A stretch of 64,000 nucleotides of DNA from Heptranchias perlo (taxonomy: Eukaryota): contig NC_090330.1 in the NCBI RefSeq assembly GCF_035084215.1, forward strand, positions 104,408,001-104,472,000. The letters are read 5' to 3'. The notes below the pieces were generated by a model. That model was not told the DNA's origin, did no database searches, and saw nothing but the letters and a program-made list of their open reading frames with translations. Both the position numbers and the translations under genes were made by a program. How positions within the stretch are numbered: the stretch's first letter is position 1; every line of letters starts with the position of its first letter. Below, in pieces: positions 12,869 to 26,499 of the stretch.

Positions 12869-12972
12869 GATGGCCAAAATTTTACAATGTTTTTCAACAG
12901 GGTCTCACTTTTTGTGTGTGATCAACTGAACTTTTATTTTTATTTGCCTTCAATACACAGTGACAGGACAGT

Positions 12973-13065
12973 CAACAACAACAACTTGCATTTGTATAGC
13001 GCCTTTAGTGTAGTAAAACGTCCCAACGCGATTCACATTGAGCGTAAACAGACAAAGAAAATTTG
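12973..13065 (-). mobile_element. L2 3' tail fragment
   Basis: (CAA)n-CTTGCATTTGTATAGCGCCTTTA, reverse complement of the L2 tail. Confidence 0.7.
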
Positions 13066-13155
13066 AAAAAAAAGTCAATGGAAAGTACGTGCTTTTGTGT
13101 TTCAGAATCATTGTAACTTGAGAATATGTCCATTGATTCATGAATCAGACATTAT

Positions 13156-13755
13156 GGGCACAATTTTAAAAGAGAAAAATGGGTGAGTTGGGGCCGGGGG
13201 TCATTCAAAATCTTAACCGTTTCAGACCCACCCCCAACCCGCCTGCTTCCTGTTTTCACCGGGACGGGACAAGGGGTGGGCGACCAACCCGTTCCCAGGA
13301 GGCAGGTTGGTGATTAAAACCTTTCAAGGAGGTTGCAGGCCTCCATTTTTCCAGAATTTCCAATTTCAACCCCTGGGGGCCAGGATTCCCGGGCCTTCTC
13401 TTTTGTGCCATGTGAAAGGAGGCAAGAAGGCCCAAAACTAACAGGTATGTGCCTTTCTGGCACAGGTTGTGGGCCTGGAGGAGTAGGAGTGCTTCCCCCT
13501 GGCCCAACAAGTCTACCTGCAACGACTCCCCACTGATCATGACCCCCCCCAATCTCCATTCCCCCCCACCCCCTCCCCACCCACCCCCCCCCACACAACG
13601 ATGAATCAGGTCGGTCAGTCGGATGGCAAACCGACAAAAAAAAAAGACGTCATTACGTCAAGATCGTAAGGACACCGGAAACCCGAACTTCTGGGTTTCC
13701 CATCCATGATTTGACCCCTTCGCCCCCTTCCCGACTCGGGGTCAAAATCATGCCC
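13156..13755. mobile_element. Harbinger-type MITE
   Basis: TIR GGGCACAATTTT / AAAATCATGCCC, perfect TSD TAT/TAT. Confidence 0.8.
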
Positions 13756-14611
13756 TATATGTGTGAATAATTTTTACAATAATCAACTTTGCTCTCACTT
13801 TTTCTCACTGTATCTTTCTCAACTAAGTAGTGACAAACCTAATAACACTATCATTTCTAGAACAGCTCTTTATCCAGATTTAGTTATTGATGGATTCTGG
13901 CATGTTTCCGTTGAATGATAAAACCATTTCGTGTTTTGATGTATTAACACTGTTGTGCCTCCAGATGGAGTTTTGGACAGATGGCAGAGCTAAAGCAATC
14001 ATGTTTCTCATATACAATGTCCTGAAGGTAAAACAAACAATTTACAGCACGCTGATAATAGCACGACGGGTAAACCAGGGCGGCCTTTTTTATGAAGGCT
14101 GGGATTCTCACGTTTACACTACTCCACCAAGAAACCATTTCTCAATTCTGCTACATTTATCATTGATGTGAACGCTTGTCAAAGCCACTGGTGAATTGAT
14201 CAGATCTCAGCCCGCGACCAGAGTGGGAGGAAGCAAGCACTTTATCACCGTGCTATCTGTTTTCGTAATGTCATTCAAATATTTGCCAGGAACTATTAGC
14301 CAGGTGTGGCTGCAAATTATATCTGACAATTCAATCTCTAGCATCTACAAAGACCTCAATTATATGATCAATTATTGATAATAATAAATTATATCTGATT
14401 TCATCCATTTTCAGAAGTGCAGAGTAATGAAATGAGGAAGGCGTATGGTATATCAACTGATACATTTGTAAACTTCTCACATTGCCATTGGCTATGAGGA
14501 GGGGGGGTTATTGTCATTGACGGATACAATGTTTTATATTACATTAAGGTATAGACAGATTAGATTAAAGCAAATTTATTACATTGGACATGTAAGAAAG
14601 TTACCCTTAGT

Positions 14612-14797
14612 ACCTCTACCTCTCTCTCCTCCTTTAAGACTCTCCTTAAAACCTACCTCTTTGACCAAGCTTTTGGTCACCTGTCCAAATATCTCCTCGT
14701 GTGGCTCGGCGTCAAATTTTGTTTGATAACATGCCTGTGAAGCGCCTTGGGACGTTTTACTATATCAAAGGCGCTTTATAAATGCAAGTTGTTGTTG
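14612..14797 (+). mobile_element. L2 3' tail
   Basis: Near-identical to the tails at 5730-5890 and 52915-53090. Confidence 0.8.
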
Positions 14798-16774
14798 TGT
14801 GTCTAATTATATCACAGGGTTGAAATGCTCATTTGAGTTGCATCAGAGTAACCTTGCAGAGGTCAACATCCAATATGATGCAGAGGTTAAGGACTTTATT
14901 CCCCTGAATGATTTTTCAACTGGTGACCAGATTTTTAGGTATGAATCCAAATGCATGTACAGGGGGTAAACACGTTTCACCACAAGAGCTAGGCCCACTG
15001 CAGACACATTCAAATAAAGGCAAATTGTTGAATCAGGCTTCTTCCATAGCGAAGGACGTTACATGCTTCCCTAAGGAAACATTAGATATCAGTAGGAATC
15101 GTTAATGCTCGCTAATGAAAGGACAAAGCTGCAGGGACTTGCATTATCTTAAAAATGTAGATCAAGGACCTATAAATAAGATGATTTCTCTTCAGAAGGG
15201 GCCATTCTCACCACCACGTCCCATGCCTTACAGACTATCTGGGATTAGAAATGTATATCAACCCTAAACCACCAGCTCACGGGTGTTTTTTGGTAACTTT
15301 AAAAAGGAAAAAATCTTTGCTTCAGTGAATCTAACCTTAGTTAGCAGTCGCTTACTCCTAACCTGCTAGTGAAGGAACAAAATATATGGTGGGATTCTGA
15401 AAATGTTTATTTTTATGAGGGTAAGGCCCCCCCTCGCCCCCAAATAGTCCAAATTGGGCCAGTTCTATCAATGGCAAAAGATATTTGAAGGGATCGATTT
15501 GGATCACTTTCTGTTGTTAGGTTACCTTGTAGTTTTTGTCAACATTTGCGTAACAGATGTGTGTGGAATATTAAAGATGGGCTAGCAGTATTATTTGATG
15601 TTTATCTTAGTATTTCTCATATAGGTTACATTTCGGATTGTTCTTATTCCTTTTAGGTTCGCAGGCCGAAAACGCTAAATCATCTGTCATCCCCAATGTC
15701 ACATTATCTTTCATAAGATCAACAAAGATGCTTATGCAGGGTTAGTATCAGCTTTTTGTTTCATTATTAAGAAGCTTTCTACCTTTGTGCAAGTGGAAAC
15801 AAAGACTCCTTTTGATCAGAAGTGACCTGAAGGAATCTATAATAAATTGTGTGTTTGGCTCAAGATGTTCAGCATTTGTTCTAGTCACTTGATTGCATTT
15901 CTTTCCACTGCTGCCAGATAGTTAATGTGCTTCATACTTCATTGGCGCTAAGATCTAACAGGTTGGATCCTGCTGATGTGGAGTAAATTCAAGTTACTGC
16001 CAAGAAGGTTCACCATTCATTTCCAATGCAGTGAGTATAAATGGGAACAATGAGGTGATATTGGACCCTTTGAACATGTTTGAAAAATCTTAGTAAAAGC
16101 AAGGTAGAGATTGTGAGAGAAATACATGCTGATTCTTTCATATCCAGCTATCTTGACTCTTCTAAACCTAAACACCACACTGACAAGTATGACAGAAATA
16201 AAAACTCAAACAGAAACATTATTAATTATTTTAATTTATGCCACATCCGTGTTGCCTGGGATCATGAACTAATATTGCAAATGGGAATATTTACAGCCAA
16301 GTAACCATGGTTACTGTAAGTGATGAGCCCCTAACTTCACCCAGCACTATTTCTGTTTCCTACTAATGCCTAATTTCTCAGGCAACAATCACCATAATTA
16401 CGCAAATAACAAATGCAATGACAGAAAACATCCTCATCTGTCTGCTACTCTCCATTGTATAGTCCCATAGCTGCAAACTGAAGCTACCGTTCCTTCAGAA
16501 TCGTTTTCCTTCAAACAGTCCAGCACACTTAAACTTCACTGAAATTGACACCAGACTAACAGAAAGCTTCTTATGGCATCTCTACCAAAACAACATTACA
16601 TGAATGAGAGAAAGGTACAGTATAACTGTGAGAATTCTTCAAATACTTTAATACAGGACAGTAGGGGAAGCATTCCAGTTAGGCTTGAGTATCCTAGACT
16701 CCAGAGGGGCAAAAAATGCTTGGGGTTAATCCGCTAATCATTAATCCGTGATCTCTGCGGCAAAATAAGCATAC

Positions 16775-17405
16775 TTGTGTGTGTGTCTGTGTGTGAATGT
16801 GTGAATATGTGTATGTGTGTGTGTGTGTGTGTGAGCATGTGAATGTGTGAGTGAGTGTAAATGTCTGTGTGTGATTGTGCGAGGGCGTGAGTACACGTGT
16901 GTGTGTGTGTGAATGAGTGAGTAAATGTAAGTGTGAATTTGTGATTAAGTATGTGTGTGAGATAGAATGTGCATGTGTGAATGTATGTATGAGAGTGAGT
17001 GTGTGTTTGTGTGTGTCTGTAAGTGCATGTGCGTGCGTGAGTGTGATTGTGAGTGCGTGTGTGAGAGAATGTGAGTGTGTGTGAGAGAGCGAGTGTGTGT
17101 GATAGCAAGTGTGTGTTAGAGTGTGTATGAGTGCATGTGTGTGTATATGAGTGTGTGTGTGATTGTGTGTATATGAGTGTGTTTGTGATTGTGTGTATGT
17201 GAGTGTGTGTGTGTGATTGTGTGTATATGAGTGTGTTTGTGATTGTGTGTATGTGAGTGTGTGTGTGTGATTGTGTGTATATGAGTGTGTTTGTGATTGT
17301 GTGTATATGAGTGTGTTTGTGATTGTGTGTATGTGAGTGTGTGTATGTGAGTGTGTGTGTGTGATTGTGTGTATATGAGTGTGTGTGTGATTGTGTGAGT
17401 GTGTG
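16775..17405. repeat. Degenerate (TG)n microsatellite with higher-order units
   Basis: TG/GA-rich; recurring GATTGTGTGTATATGAGTGTGTTTGT units in 17161-17390. Confidence 0.95.
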
Positions 17406-18239
17406 ACGACTTGGCTCAGGCTTGATTATTTCTATCTCGGTTAAGTAGCCTACTGGAACCCACTGGCTAACATGTAAAGAGCAGCAAAGGGCCAGAAGGA
17501 CGGTAGCAGATATCGTCCCAGCATGAATCACCTCCCCCTCCCCCCTCCCCCCCCGCCACTTCGGAACAGCAGAAAATTGGGAAGAAGGAATTTAAAAAAC
17601 TTAACTAAATAGAGCAAAGGAACAAAAATCTCCAAAAACAAGTCAAAGCATAGAATGTTGCATTGCTATCTCCTTACCTCAGGGTAATATCGTTCTTTAT
17701 GTAACATGAGTTCTCTAGGTAAATATTATTAATTTACTCCTTTCTTAACTACTTCCATGATAAAAAGTTACAGTGAAATATGGATATTGTTAATACATCA
17801 TTCATCCATATTTCATATAGCATTGCTAAATACAGACCTGGCTGAAGCCAAGAGTATTAAAATGTCAATAAATTACTTGTGATATTTTAAACCTTGTTAG
17901 CATTTTTATTGAGCCCTTGTGTTAGCATTTTAAGGAACAGGCCTGTATTAATTACAAATTTAAATCTATACTTCAGTTCCACAGGTCAATATTAAATGGG
18001 TCATTTCTGCACTGATGCTTCTTACCAACTGCAATATTTCAATTTCAACACATTTTGGTATTCGTAATTAAAGTGCTCACATAGCACAGGCTATCCATCA
18101 TAATAACTAGACAGCATATGGCATTAAAATGTTAATGTACAAGATGAAAGGTAACATAATTTAAGCCTGTATTTCCCAGGTTTTTTTTTGTATTTTGTGA
18201 ATTTCGATTTCCTGTTAGTCATTCACATTGCAAAAAAAA

Positions 18240-18570
18240 TCTCAAAGATTATGAAGGAGTTTGATAGGCTAGACATAGAGAAGATGTGGGGAAAACCATA
18301 AATATAAAATAGTCGCTACCAAATCCAATAGGGAATTCAGGAGAAACTTCTTTACCCAGAGAGTGGTAAGAATGTGGAACTTGCTACCACAAGGAGTAGT
18401 TGAGGCGAATAGCATAAATGCATTTAAGAGGAAGCTAAATAGGAACAGAAGGTTATGCTGATAGGGTTAGATGAATTAGGGAGGGAGGAGGCTCGTGTGG
18501 AGCATAAACACATGATGGAGGCCTCGACCAATTGGGCCAAATGGCCTGTTTCTATGTAATTCTATGTAAA
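18240..18570 (+). mobile_element. CR1 LINE 3' end
   Basis: GGAGAAACTTCTTTACCCAGAGAGTGG...; TTCTATGTAATTCTATGT tail. Confidence 0.85.
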
Positions 18571-18849
18571 TAAAAGGGCAACTTCTGGAGTTTAATTTCA
18601 ATTTGTATTTTTTTTTCAGCTTTTACTTCAAGGCCTCTTCTCCACCTTAGACCTTGTTAACGTTTTTTCATGAAGATTGTTTACCTTGGCCCAAACTGTT
18701 CCCTCAGCCCATTTATCCAATGCAAATAAATGTCATGAATTCAAATTCTACAAACCAACTGTCTGTTTTTGCTGAGCTAATTTACAAACAAAATGTCCTT
18801 ACGTAGATTACTGATCAAACACTCCACATAGAATCTTTGAACACCATGT

Positions 18850-20215
18850 TAGCCTAACATCTGTTGTGGGGAAAATGCTGGAGTCTATAATTTAGGATAG
18901 GGTGACTGAACACCTCGAGAATTTTCAGTTAATCAGAGAGAGCCAGCATGGATTTGTGAAAGGTAGGTCGTGCCTGACAAACCTGATTTAATTTTTTGAA
19001 GAGGCGACTAAAGTAGTGGACAGGGGAATGTCAATGGATGTTATTTATATGGACTTCCAGAAGGCATTCGATAAAGTCCCACATAAGAGACTATAAGCTA
19101 AAATAGAAGCCCATGGAATCGAGGGAAAAGTACGGACTTGGTTAGGAAGTTGGCTGAGCGAAAGGCGAGAGAGTAGGGATAATGGGTAGGTACTCACATT
19201 GGCAGGATGTGACTAGTGGAGTCCCGCAGGGATCTGTCTTGGGGCCTCAATTATTCACAATATTTATTAACGACTTAGATGAAGGCATAGAAAGTCTCAT
19301 ACCTAAGTTTGTCGATGTCACAAAGATTGGTGGCATTGTAAGCAGTGTAGATGAAAACATAAAATTACAAAGCGATATTGATAGGTTAGGTGAATGGGCA
19401 AAACTGTGGCAAATGGAATTCAATGTAGGCAAATGTGAGGCCATCCACTTTGGATCAAAAAAGGATAGAACAGGGTACTTTCTAAATGGTAAAAAGTTAG
19501 AAACAGTGGATGTCCAAAGGGACTTAGGGGTTCAGGTACATAGATCATTGAAGTGTCATGAACAGGTGCAGAAAATGATCAAGAAGGCTAATGGAATGCT
19601 GGCCTTTATATCTAGAGGACTAGAGTACAAGGGGGCAGAAGTTATGCTGCAGCTATACAAAACCCTGGTTAGACTGCACCTGGAGTACTGTGAGCAGTTC
19701 TGGGCACCGCACCTTCGGAAGGACATATTGGCCTTGGAGGGAGTGCAGTGTAGGTTTACTAGAATGATACCCGGACTTCAAGGGTTAAGTTACGAGGAGA
19801 GATTACACAAATTGGGTTTGTATTCTCTAGAGTTTCGAAGGTTAAAGGGTGATCTGATCGAAGTTTATAAGATATTAAGGGGAACAGAGAGGGTGGATAG
19901 AGAGAAACTATTTCCGCTGGTTGGGGAGTCTAGGAGTAGGGGGCACAGTCTACAAATTAGAGCCAGACCTTTCAGGAGTGAGATTAGAAAACACTTCTAC
20001 ACACAAAGGGTGGTAGAAACTCTCTTCCGCAAACGGCAATTGATACTAGCTCGATTGCTAAATTTAAATCTGAGATAGATAGCTTTTTGGCAACCAAAGG
20101 TATTAAGGGATATGGGCCAAAGGCAGGTGTGTGGAGTTAGATCACAGATCAGCCATGATCTTATCAAATAGCGGAGCAAGCCTGAGGGACTGAATGGCCT
20201 ACTCCTGTTCCTATG
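18850..20215 (+). mobile_element. 5'-truncated CR1 LINE, RT domain (inactive)
   Basis: [32 protein letters not shown]; 298-aa ORF 19182..20078 with the FADD motif mutated to FVDV; upstream in-frame stops. Confidence 0.95.
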
Positions 20216-20244
20216 TGAAAATGTGAAGAAATTCAAATGGAAAT

Positions 20245-20843
20245 CAATACAAAGGGGTGCAAGTTGTGTTACAGTTATATCACACTCTGGTTAGACCGCA
20301 TTTAGAGTACTGCACTGTGATCTGGGCACTGCAGGAAGGATATTTTGGCTTTGGAGGGAGTGTAACGCAGATTCACCAGAATGATACGGGGGCTAAAAGG
20401 ATTAAATTATGAGGACAAGTTGCATAGATTAGGCTTGTATTCCCTTGAGTATAAAAGATTAAAGGCTGATCTAATTTAGGTGTTTAGATGATTAAAGGAA
20501 TTGATAGGGTAGATAGAGAGAAACTCTTTCCTCTGGTGGGGGAGTCCAGGACATGGGGGCATAATCTTAAAATTAGAGCTAAGCCATTCAAGGGTGATGT
20601 CAGGAAGCACTTCTTCACACAAAGGGGAGTGGAAATCTGGAACTCTCTCCCTCAAAAAGCTGTTGAGGCTGGGGGGCAATTGAAAATTTCAAAACTAAGA
20701 TTGATAGATTTTTGTTAGGTAAGGGGATTAAGGGTTACGGAATCAAGGTGGGTAAATGGAGTTAAGATACAGATCAGACGTACATGATCTAATTGAATGG
20801 CGGAACAGGCTCGAGGGGCTGAATGGCCTACTCCTGTTGCTAT
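20245..20843 (+). mobile_element. CR1 LINE 3' end
   Basis: ORF 20488..20718 [16 protein letters not shown]. Confidence 0.9.
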
Positions 20844-22060
20844 AGAATCATAGAATCATAGAATCATAGAAGTTACAACATGGAAACAGGCCCTTCGGCC
20901 CAACATGTCCATGTCGCCCAGTTTATACCACTAAGCTAGTCCCAATTGCCTGCACTTGGCCCATATCCCTCGATACCCATCTTCCCCATGTAACTGTCCA
21001 AATGCTTTTTAAAAGACAAAATTGTACCCGCCTCTACTACTGCCTCTGGCAGCTCGTTCCAGACACTCACCACCCTTTGAGTGAAAAAATTGCCCCTCTG
21101 GATCCTTTTGTATCTCTCCCCTCTCACCTTAAATCTGTGCCCCCTCGTTATAGACTCCCCTACCTTTGGGAAAAGATTTTGACTATCGACCTTATCTATG
21201 CCCCTCATTATTTTATAGACTTCTATAAGATCACCCCTTAACCTCCTACTCTCCAGGGAATAAAGTCCCAGTCTGTCTAACCTCTCCCTGTAAGTCAAAC
21301 CATCAAGTCCCGGTAGCATCCTAGTAAATCTTTTCTGCACTCTTTCTAGTTTAATAATATCCTTTCTATAATAGGGTGATCAGAACTGTACACAGTACTC
21401 CAAGTGTGGCCTCACCAATGCCCTGTACAACTTCAACAAGACATCCCAACTCCTGCATTCAATGTTCTGACCAATGAAACCAAGCATGCTGAATGCCTTC
21501 TTCACCACCCTATCCACCTGTGACTCCACTTTCAAGGAGCTATGAATCTGTACTCCTAGATCTCTTTGTTCTATAACTCTCCCCAACGCCCTACCATTAA
21601 CGGAGTAGGTCCTGGCCCGATTCGATCTACCAAAATGCATCACCTCACATTTATCTAAATTAAACTCCATCTGCCATTCATCGGCCCACTGGCCCAATTT
21701 ATCAAGATCCCGTTGCAATCCTAGATAACCTTCTTCACTGTCCACAATGCCACCAATCTTGGTGTCATCTGCAAACTTACTAACCATGCCTCCTAAATTC
21801 TCATCCAAATCATTAATATAAATAACAAATAACAGCGGACCCAGCACCGATCCCTGAGGCACACCGCTGGACACAGGCATCCAGTTTGAAAAACAACCCT
21901 CGACAACCACCCTCTGTCTTCTGTCGTCAAGCCAATTTTGTATCCAATTGGCTACCTCACCTTGGATCCCATGAGATTTAACCTTATGTAACAACCTACC
22001 ATGCGGTACCTTGTCAAATGCTTTGCTGAAGTCCATGTAGACCACGTCTACTGCACAGCC
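20844..22060 (-). mobile_element. Young 5'-truncated CR1 LINE
   Basis: ORFs 21380..22063 and 20936..21340 share a frame and are separated by one TGA (W to stop); intact KFADD; (ATTCTATG)n tail. Confidence 0.95.
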
Positions 22061-22137
22061 CATGATGTGCTTTCAGTTTTTTATTTTACAGTCTTATCAA
22101 ACGAGTGTTTCTTTTTAAGGTCTTGAAAATGGACACT

Positions 22138-23540
22138 GGTCAGGATTATCTGCTTTGTTTTGCTCCCTGACCTGAGCCGATTTTCAGAGGTCAGGCTAAT
22201 TTGCCTATTTTAAGCAGGCAGAGAGAATGGCAATGATAGCCTTCTGACACTGACACTTTATAGCATGGCTGGGAGACAGTGTGAATGGCGCCAAAAAGTT
22301 TTCAAATTTAAAAGAAAACAATCAAAAAATCATGTTGACCTGCACAGCCTATTGCACAGGCTTTCCGAACACCCATTGTTGCTATGGTGCAAATGACAGG
22401 AAATATGTTCCTGTCATTTGTATGCCATTACAATATGCCAGCCCACATTTGGGTGGACGTATTGTACGTCTCCTAATACTTGCATTGAAAAAATCCCAGT
22501 ATCCACCACTTACACCATCCCTATTTATCCCATCTATCACGCTAACCATTTGCCATTACCATTGGCGTCGATTACAAAGGCGCTGCTTCAAACGTATTAG
22601 GCGCACCGACTATTTCGGGCTGTTCAAACCTCTTTAAAGTGCGGTTACCTTTCATTAAGTCCTTGCAGGCAGTCCCGCTGCCTGTCCAGGAGGTTAGGCC
22701 ACAGCTGGAGTACTGTGTGCAGTTCTGGTCGCCACACTACAGGAAGGATGTGATCGCTTTGGAGAGGGTGCAGAGGAGATTCACCAGGATGTTACCAGGG
22801 CTGGAGCGCTTCAGCTATGAAGAGAGACTGGGAAGATTGGGTTTGTTTTCCTTGGAGCAGAGGAGGCTGAGGGGGGACATGATTGAGGTGTACAAAATTA
22901 TGAGGGGCACAGATAGGATGGATACTAAGGAGCTTTTTCCTTTCGTTGAGGGTTCTATAACAAGGGGGCATAGATTCAAGGTAAAAGGCAGGAGGTTTAG
23001 AGGGGATTTGAGAAAGAACTTTTTCACCCAGAGGGTGGTTGGAGTCTGGAACTCACTGCCTGAAAGGGTTGTGGAGGCAGGAACCCTCACAACATTCAAG
23101 AAGCATTTGGATGAGCACTTGAAATGCCATAGCATACAAGGCTACGGACCAAATGCTGGAATATGGGATTAGATTAGACAGGGCTTGATGGCCGGCGCGG
23201 ACACGATGGGCCGAAGGGCCTCTATCCGTGCTGTATAACTCTATGACTCTATGCTTTCATTCACCCTCCGTGGCTTCTAGAACTCCTGTGATTGCTGCTC
23301 ACAAACATTTACCTGGTGAAACTGACCAGAGGTGAAACTGACTAGACCGCTACGTACATCAGAACATCAGTCACCGCGTATAGTGGGCAGATCGCGTTTG
23401 CACAAAGGCGCCCTCTATAAGCGGTGGGAACTGTAGGGGCGGAGAAAAGTGGGAAGCCTGTGGAGAGGCTCCCAAAGAACTTTCCTTCTGCATTCTGTTG
23501 GAATGGGCATCTGCCACAACTCCAATGGAAAATCCAGCCC
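22138..23540. mobile_element. Probable Harbinger-type MITE interrupted by CR1 22690-23252
   Basis: Right end AAAATCCAGCCC at 23540; weak left end GGTCAGGATTAT; CpG-rich interior. Confidence 0.35.
22690..23252 (+). mobile_element. CR1 LINE 3' end (open frame)
   Basis: VRPQLEYCVQFWSPHYRKD...FFTQRVV; (ACTCTATG)n tail. Confidence 0.95.
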
Positions 23541-23987
23541 CGTGACTTCAAAGGCAGCCTCCAAGTAAAATTAATAATACATTTGAATTCTGATAACTGA
23601 TGATTCCGAATGGGAATCTAGGTGAGGTATGTTAATGCTGGGAAATGGATCACATTCCCATTTCAGGCACCACTCCTGGGTCAGGTGTAGCATAGTTAGA
23701 TCCAGCGTGTAGCTCTCTCCACTCTGCCTCAATCTTAACCTCAGAAGATTCCTCCCCTCCTACTGTAACAGTGCAATAAGTTCCATTCCCCATACCAGAC
23801 ATCCAGTGGCCTCTCCAAGTGAGATTGCCAACTTAATGCCAAATTAAGGGTGGCTTTGAGTTGTGGGCCCATTAAGAACTAAGTGAAACTGTCCAGACTT
23901 ATTATGATTATATGATTTGCAGCACATAAACACTCTATAGGCCTATTCCTTCATGCATTTTACTGCACTTTTGAGTTTTAATGAATT

Positions 23988-24212
23988 AGAAAGAAAGAAA
24001 GACAGACTTGCATTTATATAGCGCCTTTTACAATCTCAGGATGTCCCAAAGCACCTTACAGTCAATTAAGTACTTTTGAAGTTGTAAGATAGGAAATGCG
24101 GCAGTCAATTTGCGTAAAGCAAGATCCCACAAACAGCAATGAGATAATGACCAGATAATCTGTCTTTTTTATTGATGTTGATTGAAGGATAAATACTGGT
24201 CAGGACACTGGG
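23988..24212 (-). mobile_element. Deu-domain-like SINE 3' half
   Basis: Reverse complement matches 54440-54665. Confidence 0.8.
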
Positions 24213-25480
24213 GAGTGGTGAGGGGGAGGGGGGAATGGAGGGTTTGCTGAGAGCCTCAAATGTTCTTGGTGCCTGTTTTGAGCCGAGGGAGTGCACATTT
24301 ATAAATGGCATGAGACATTTTGGCACTTCAATGTCCAGGAGGTCCATTTACCATAGTTTTTTTTAAAAATTGGTGAGGTAAAGCTTCTGCGACTTGCTGT
24401 TGTATTTATGGCCTGATCACATCCTCCTTGTGATGTGGCAGATGTTATACTGCCACAGGATTCAATTTGCTTTATATCTAATCTGTCACAGAGATGCAAG
24501 TGCTTTACTCAAGCCCAGCGTATCTGTAATTGTGAACTTGCAAAAACTTCCAATGTTGTTGCACCACCAAGGAAAGTGCAATTGCGACTCTTTTGTGAAT
24601 TCTTTGAAACTCTAGCCTTATTCCTAGCTTGGCCTGTGCTGACTTAGCTGCTGCTAGCCAGAGTACAATTTAAACAGCTATGATTTCTCCTCCTAATTGC
24701 TTTCTTGTGACTCATGTTAGAATGTGTGAGTATGTGTGTCTGCCAGATGAGAACAGAATTGGACTTGGCTGTAATGCTCCCTTGGTTAAAAAGCTTACTG
24801 ACACTCACCGTTCTGGGTCACACAGCATTGAAGAAAGAAAGAACTTGCAATTATGTAGCACTTTGTCACAGAGACACCCTGAAGCACTTCACATGAATTG
24901 CATTGTGCAGTTAGTTATTATGTGGGTTAACACAGCAGCCATTTTGTACACAGCACGGTCCCACAAATGGGTAGTTAATCTGATTTATGTTGGTGGAGTG
25001 AACTGAGGAAGAAGCATTGACCAGGACACCAAGACTCTTCTCTGAATAGTTCATGGGATCTTTAACATTCACTTGAACCAGCAGAATATGCAGACAGAGC
25101 CTCAGTTGAACATTCATGGGTAGAGTTGGGCACAATCAGCAAATTGGGTGCAAAAATGCACTTGAAATTGCTCTGGTAAGGTTACAGTTCAAGTTTACGC
25201 TAAAATTCATTTGCATAATCTTCCATGAACCAGCGCAATCGGTCAGTGTAACAGAACGTAATTGTTTATTCTTTATTCTTTCATGAAAAAACATTCCTCA
25301 GTGTATTTAAGAGTGGTAACCTGGTGCAGTTTTATTAAGTTTATCAACAAAAATAAGCAGTTTAATAATGTGTCCAGTTCTCCACCTATGATTTAAAATC
25401 ACTGAAAATGGCTTTATAAAACCATACTGCACCATTTAATAGTTTCATTGGTGTACACTGGTAAATTAAATATTTTTTAT

Positions 25481-26291
25481 GGGCCAGAAATTGCTTCCGA
25501 AATAACAGAGGAGCTCAACAGCGCTCTCCGTTTTTAGTGGTGAATTGAAGGAGCAAGTTCCCGCGTTTGCACACGCGCAGTGAAACGCGGAAATTGTGAA
25601 CTTGCTCCTAATGGTTCGCTGGTGATTTGACAGCTTCGAATTAAAGGGCCACTGCACGCTGCAATCAGAGAAATCATTGAAAAATCGCAAACTTGCTTAT
25701 CTGCCCAACTTTAAAGTAGCTAATTACGCCATCAAACAGGTACGCTTAAAAATACCAGGCCTAAACTAAGTTTTAATTAAGTTTAAGTCTTAATGACTGC
25801 CAAACAACCAAAAAATAACTTTTAAAAATGTGCAGTCCCATTACTCCTTATTTTAATAGTTTGTGCTCATTAAAAAAAAAAGTTAAATTAAAAAATTAAT
25901 TTTTTGTTTACTTTTCCCTTCAGTCTCTTTAATTTAATTCAATTATTTCTTTGGCTTTTTATTTAAAAAAATTCAAATCTTTATTTACAATGACATCCAG
26001 AATATTAACTTTAAATGAATGAAGTCTGCTTGCCTGCTTGAGCAATGCAGCCTGAATCTGTGGGTGGGACTTCTCTTCCTGACAGATTATGTGGGCGTGT
26101 CTTCTCCTCACAGAGTTTGCCAGCCGTGCGGCAACTCACGCTGCTCAGAGGCTGGGTTGAGAGCGCACCTTTTGTTTAAAAGTTCAAATTCAAGCAATTC
26201 AACGCCACAGAGCCCGCAGTAAATATTTTCGTTAATTTAATTTGCAGGAGCTGTGGTGAGTTGCCTCGCTGCTTTGCATGATTTCTGGCCC
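25481..26291. mobile_element. Harbinger-type MITE
   Basis: TIR GGGCCAGAAATT / GATTTCTGGCCC, TSD TAT/AAT; AT-rich core. Confidence 0.8.
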
Positions 26292-26499
26292 AATATGTAA
26301 AAACGTTTAAAACGTGCCTACTGGTGCCTGTGCGCCTAAGAAAATTAGCGGAATTTGAAGACCCTCCTCGTACGGCTGCAAACGGTGGAAACTCGCCTCC
26401 CTCGTTATTTCAATCGAGGGGGCGTGGCCAGTTTTGTGGGCGGGGCCGCCTTTGGGTGTGAAGATTTTTGAACCAGCGCAAAAGATCGCGGAAACTCAA

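Noticed and set aside
15657-15740. AG...GT-bounded candidate exon (SQAENAKSSVIPNVTLSF...)
   Set aside because: Weak donor, unrecognised peptide, no partner exons
16734-17531. 265-aa His/Thr-rich ORF with a hydrophobic N-terminus
   Set aside because: Translation of a (CA)n microsatellite; non-ATG start; the signal-peptide look is probably chance
19182-20078. 298-aa RT ORF as a functional gene
   Set aside because: 5'-truncated CR1 with the catalytic motif mutated (FVDV) and upstream stops
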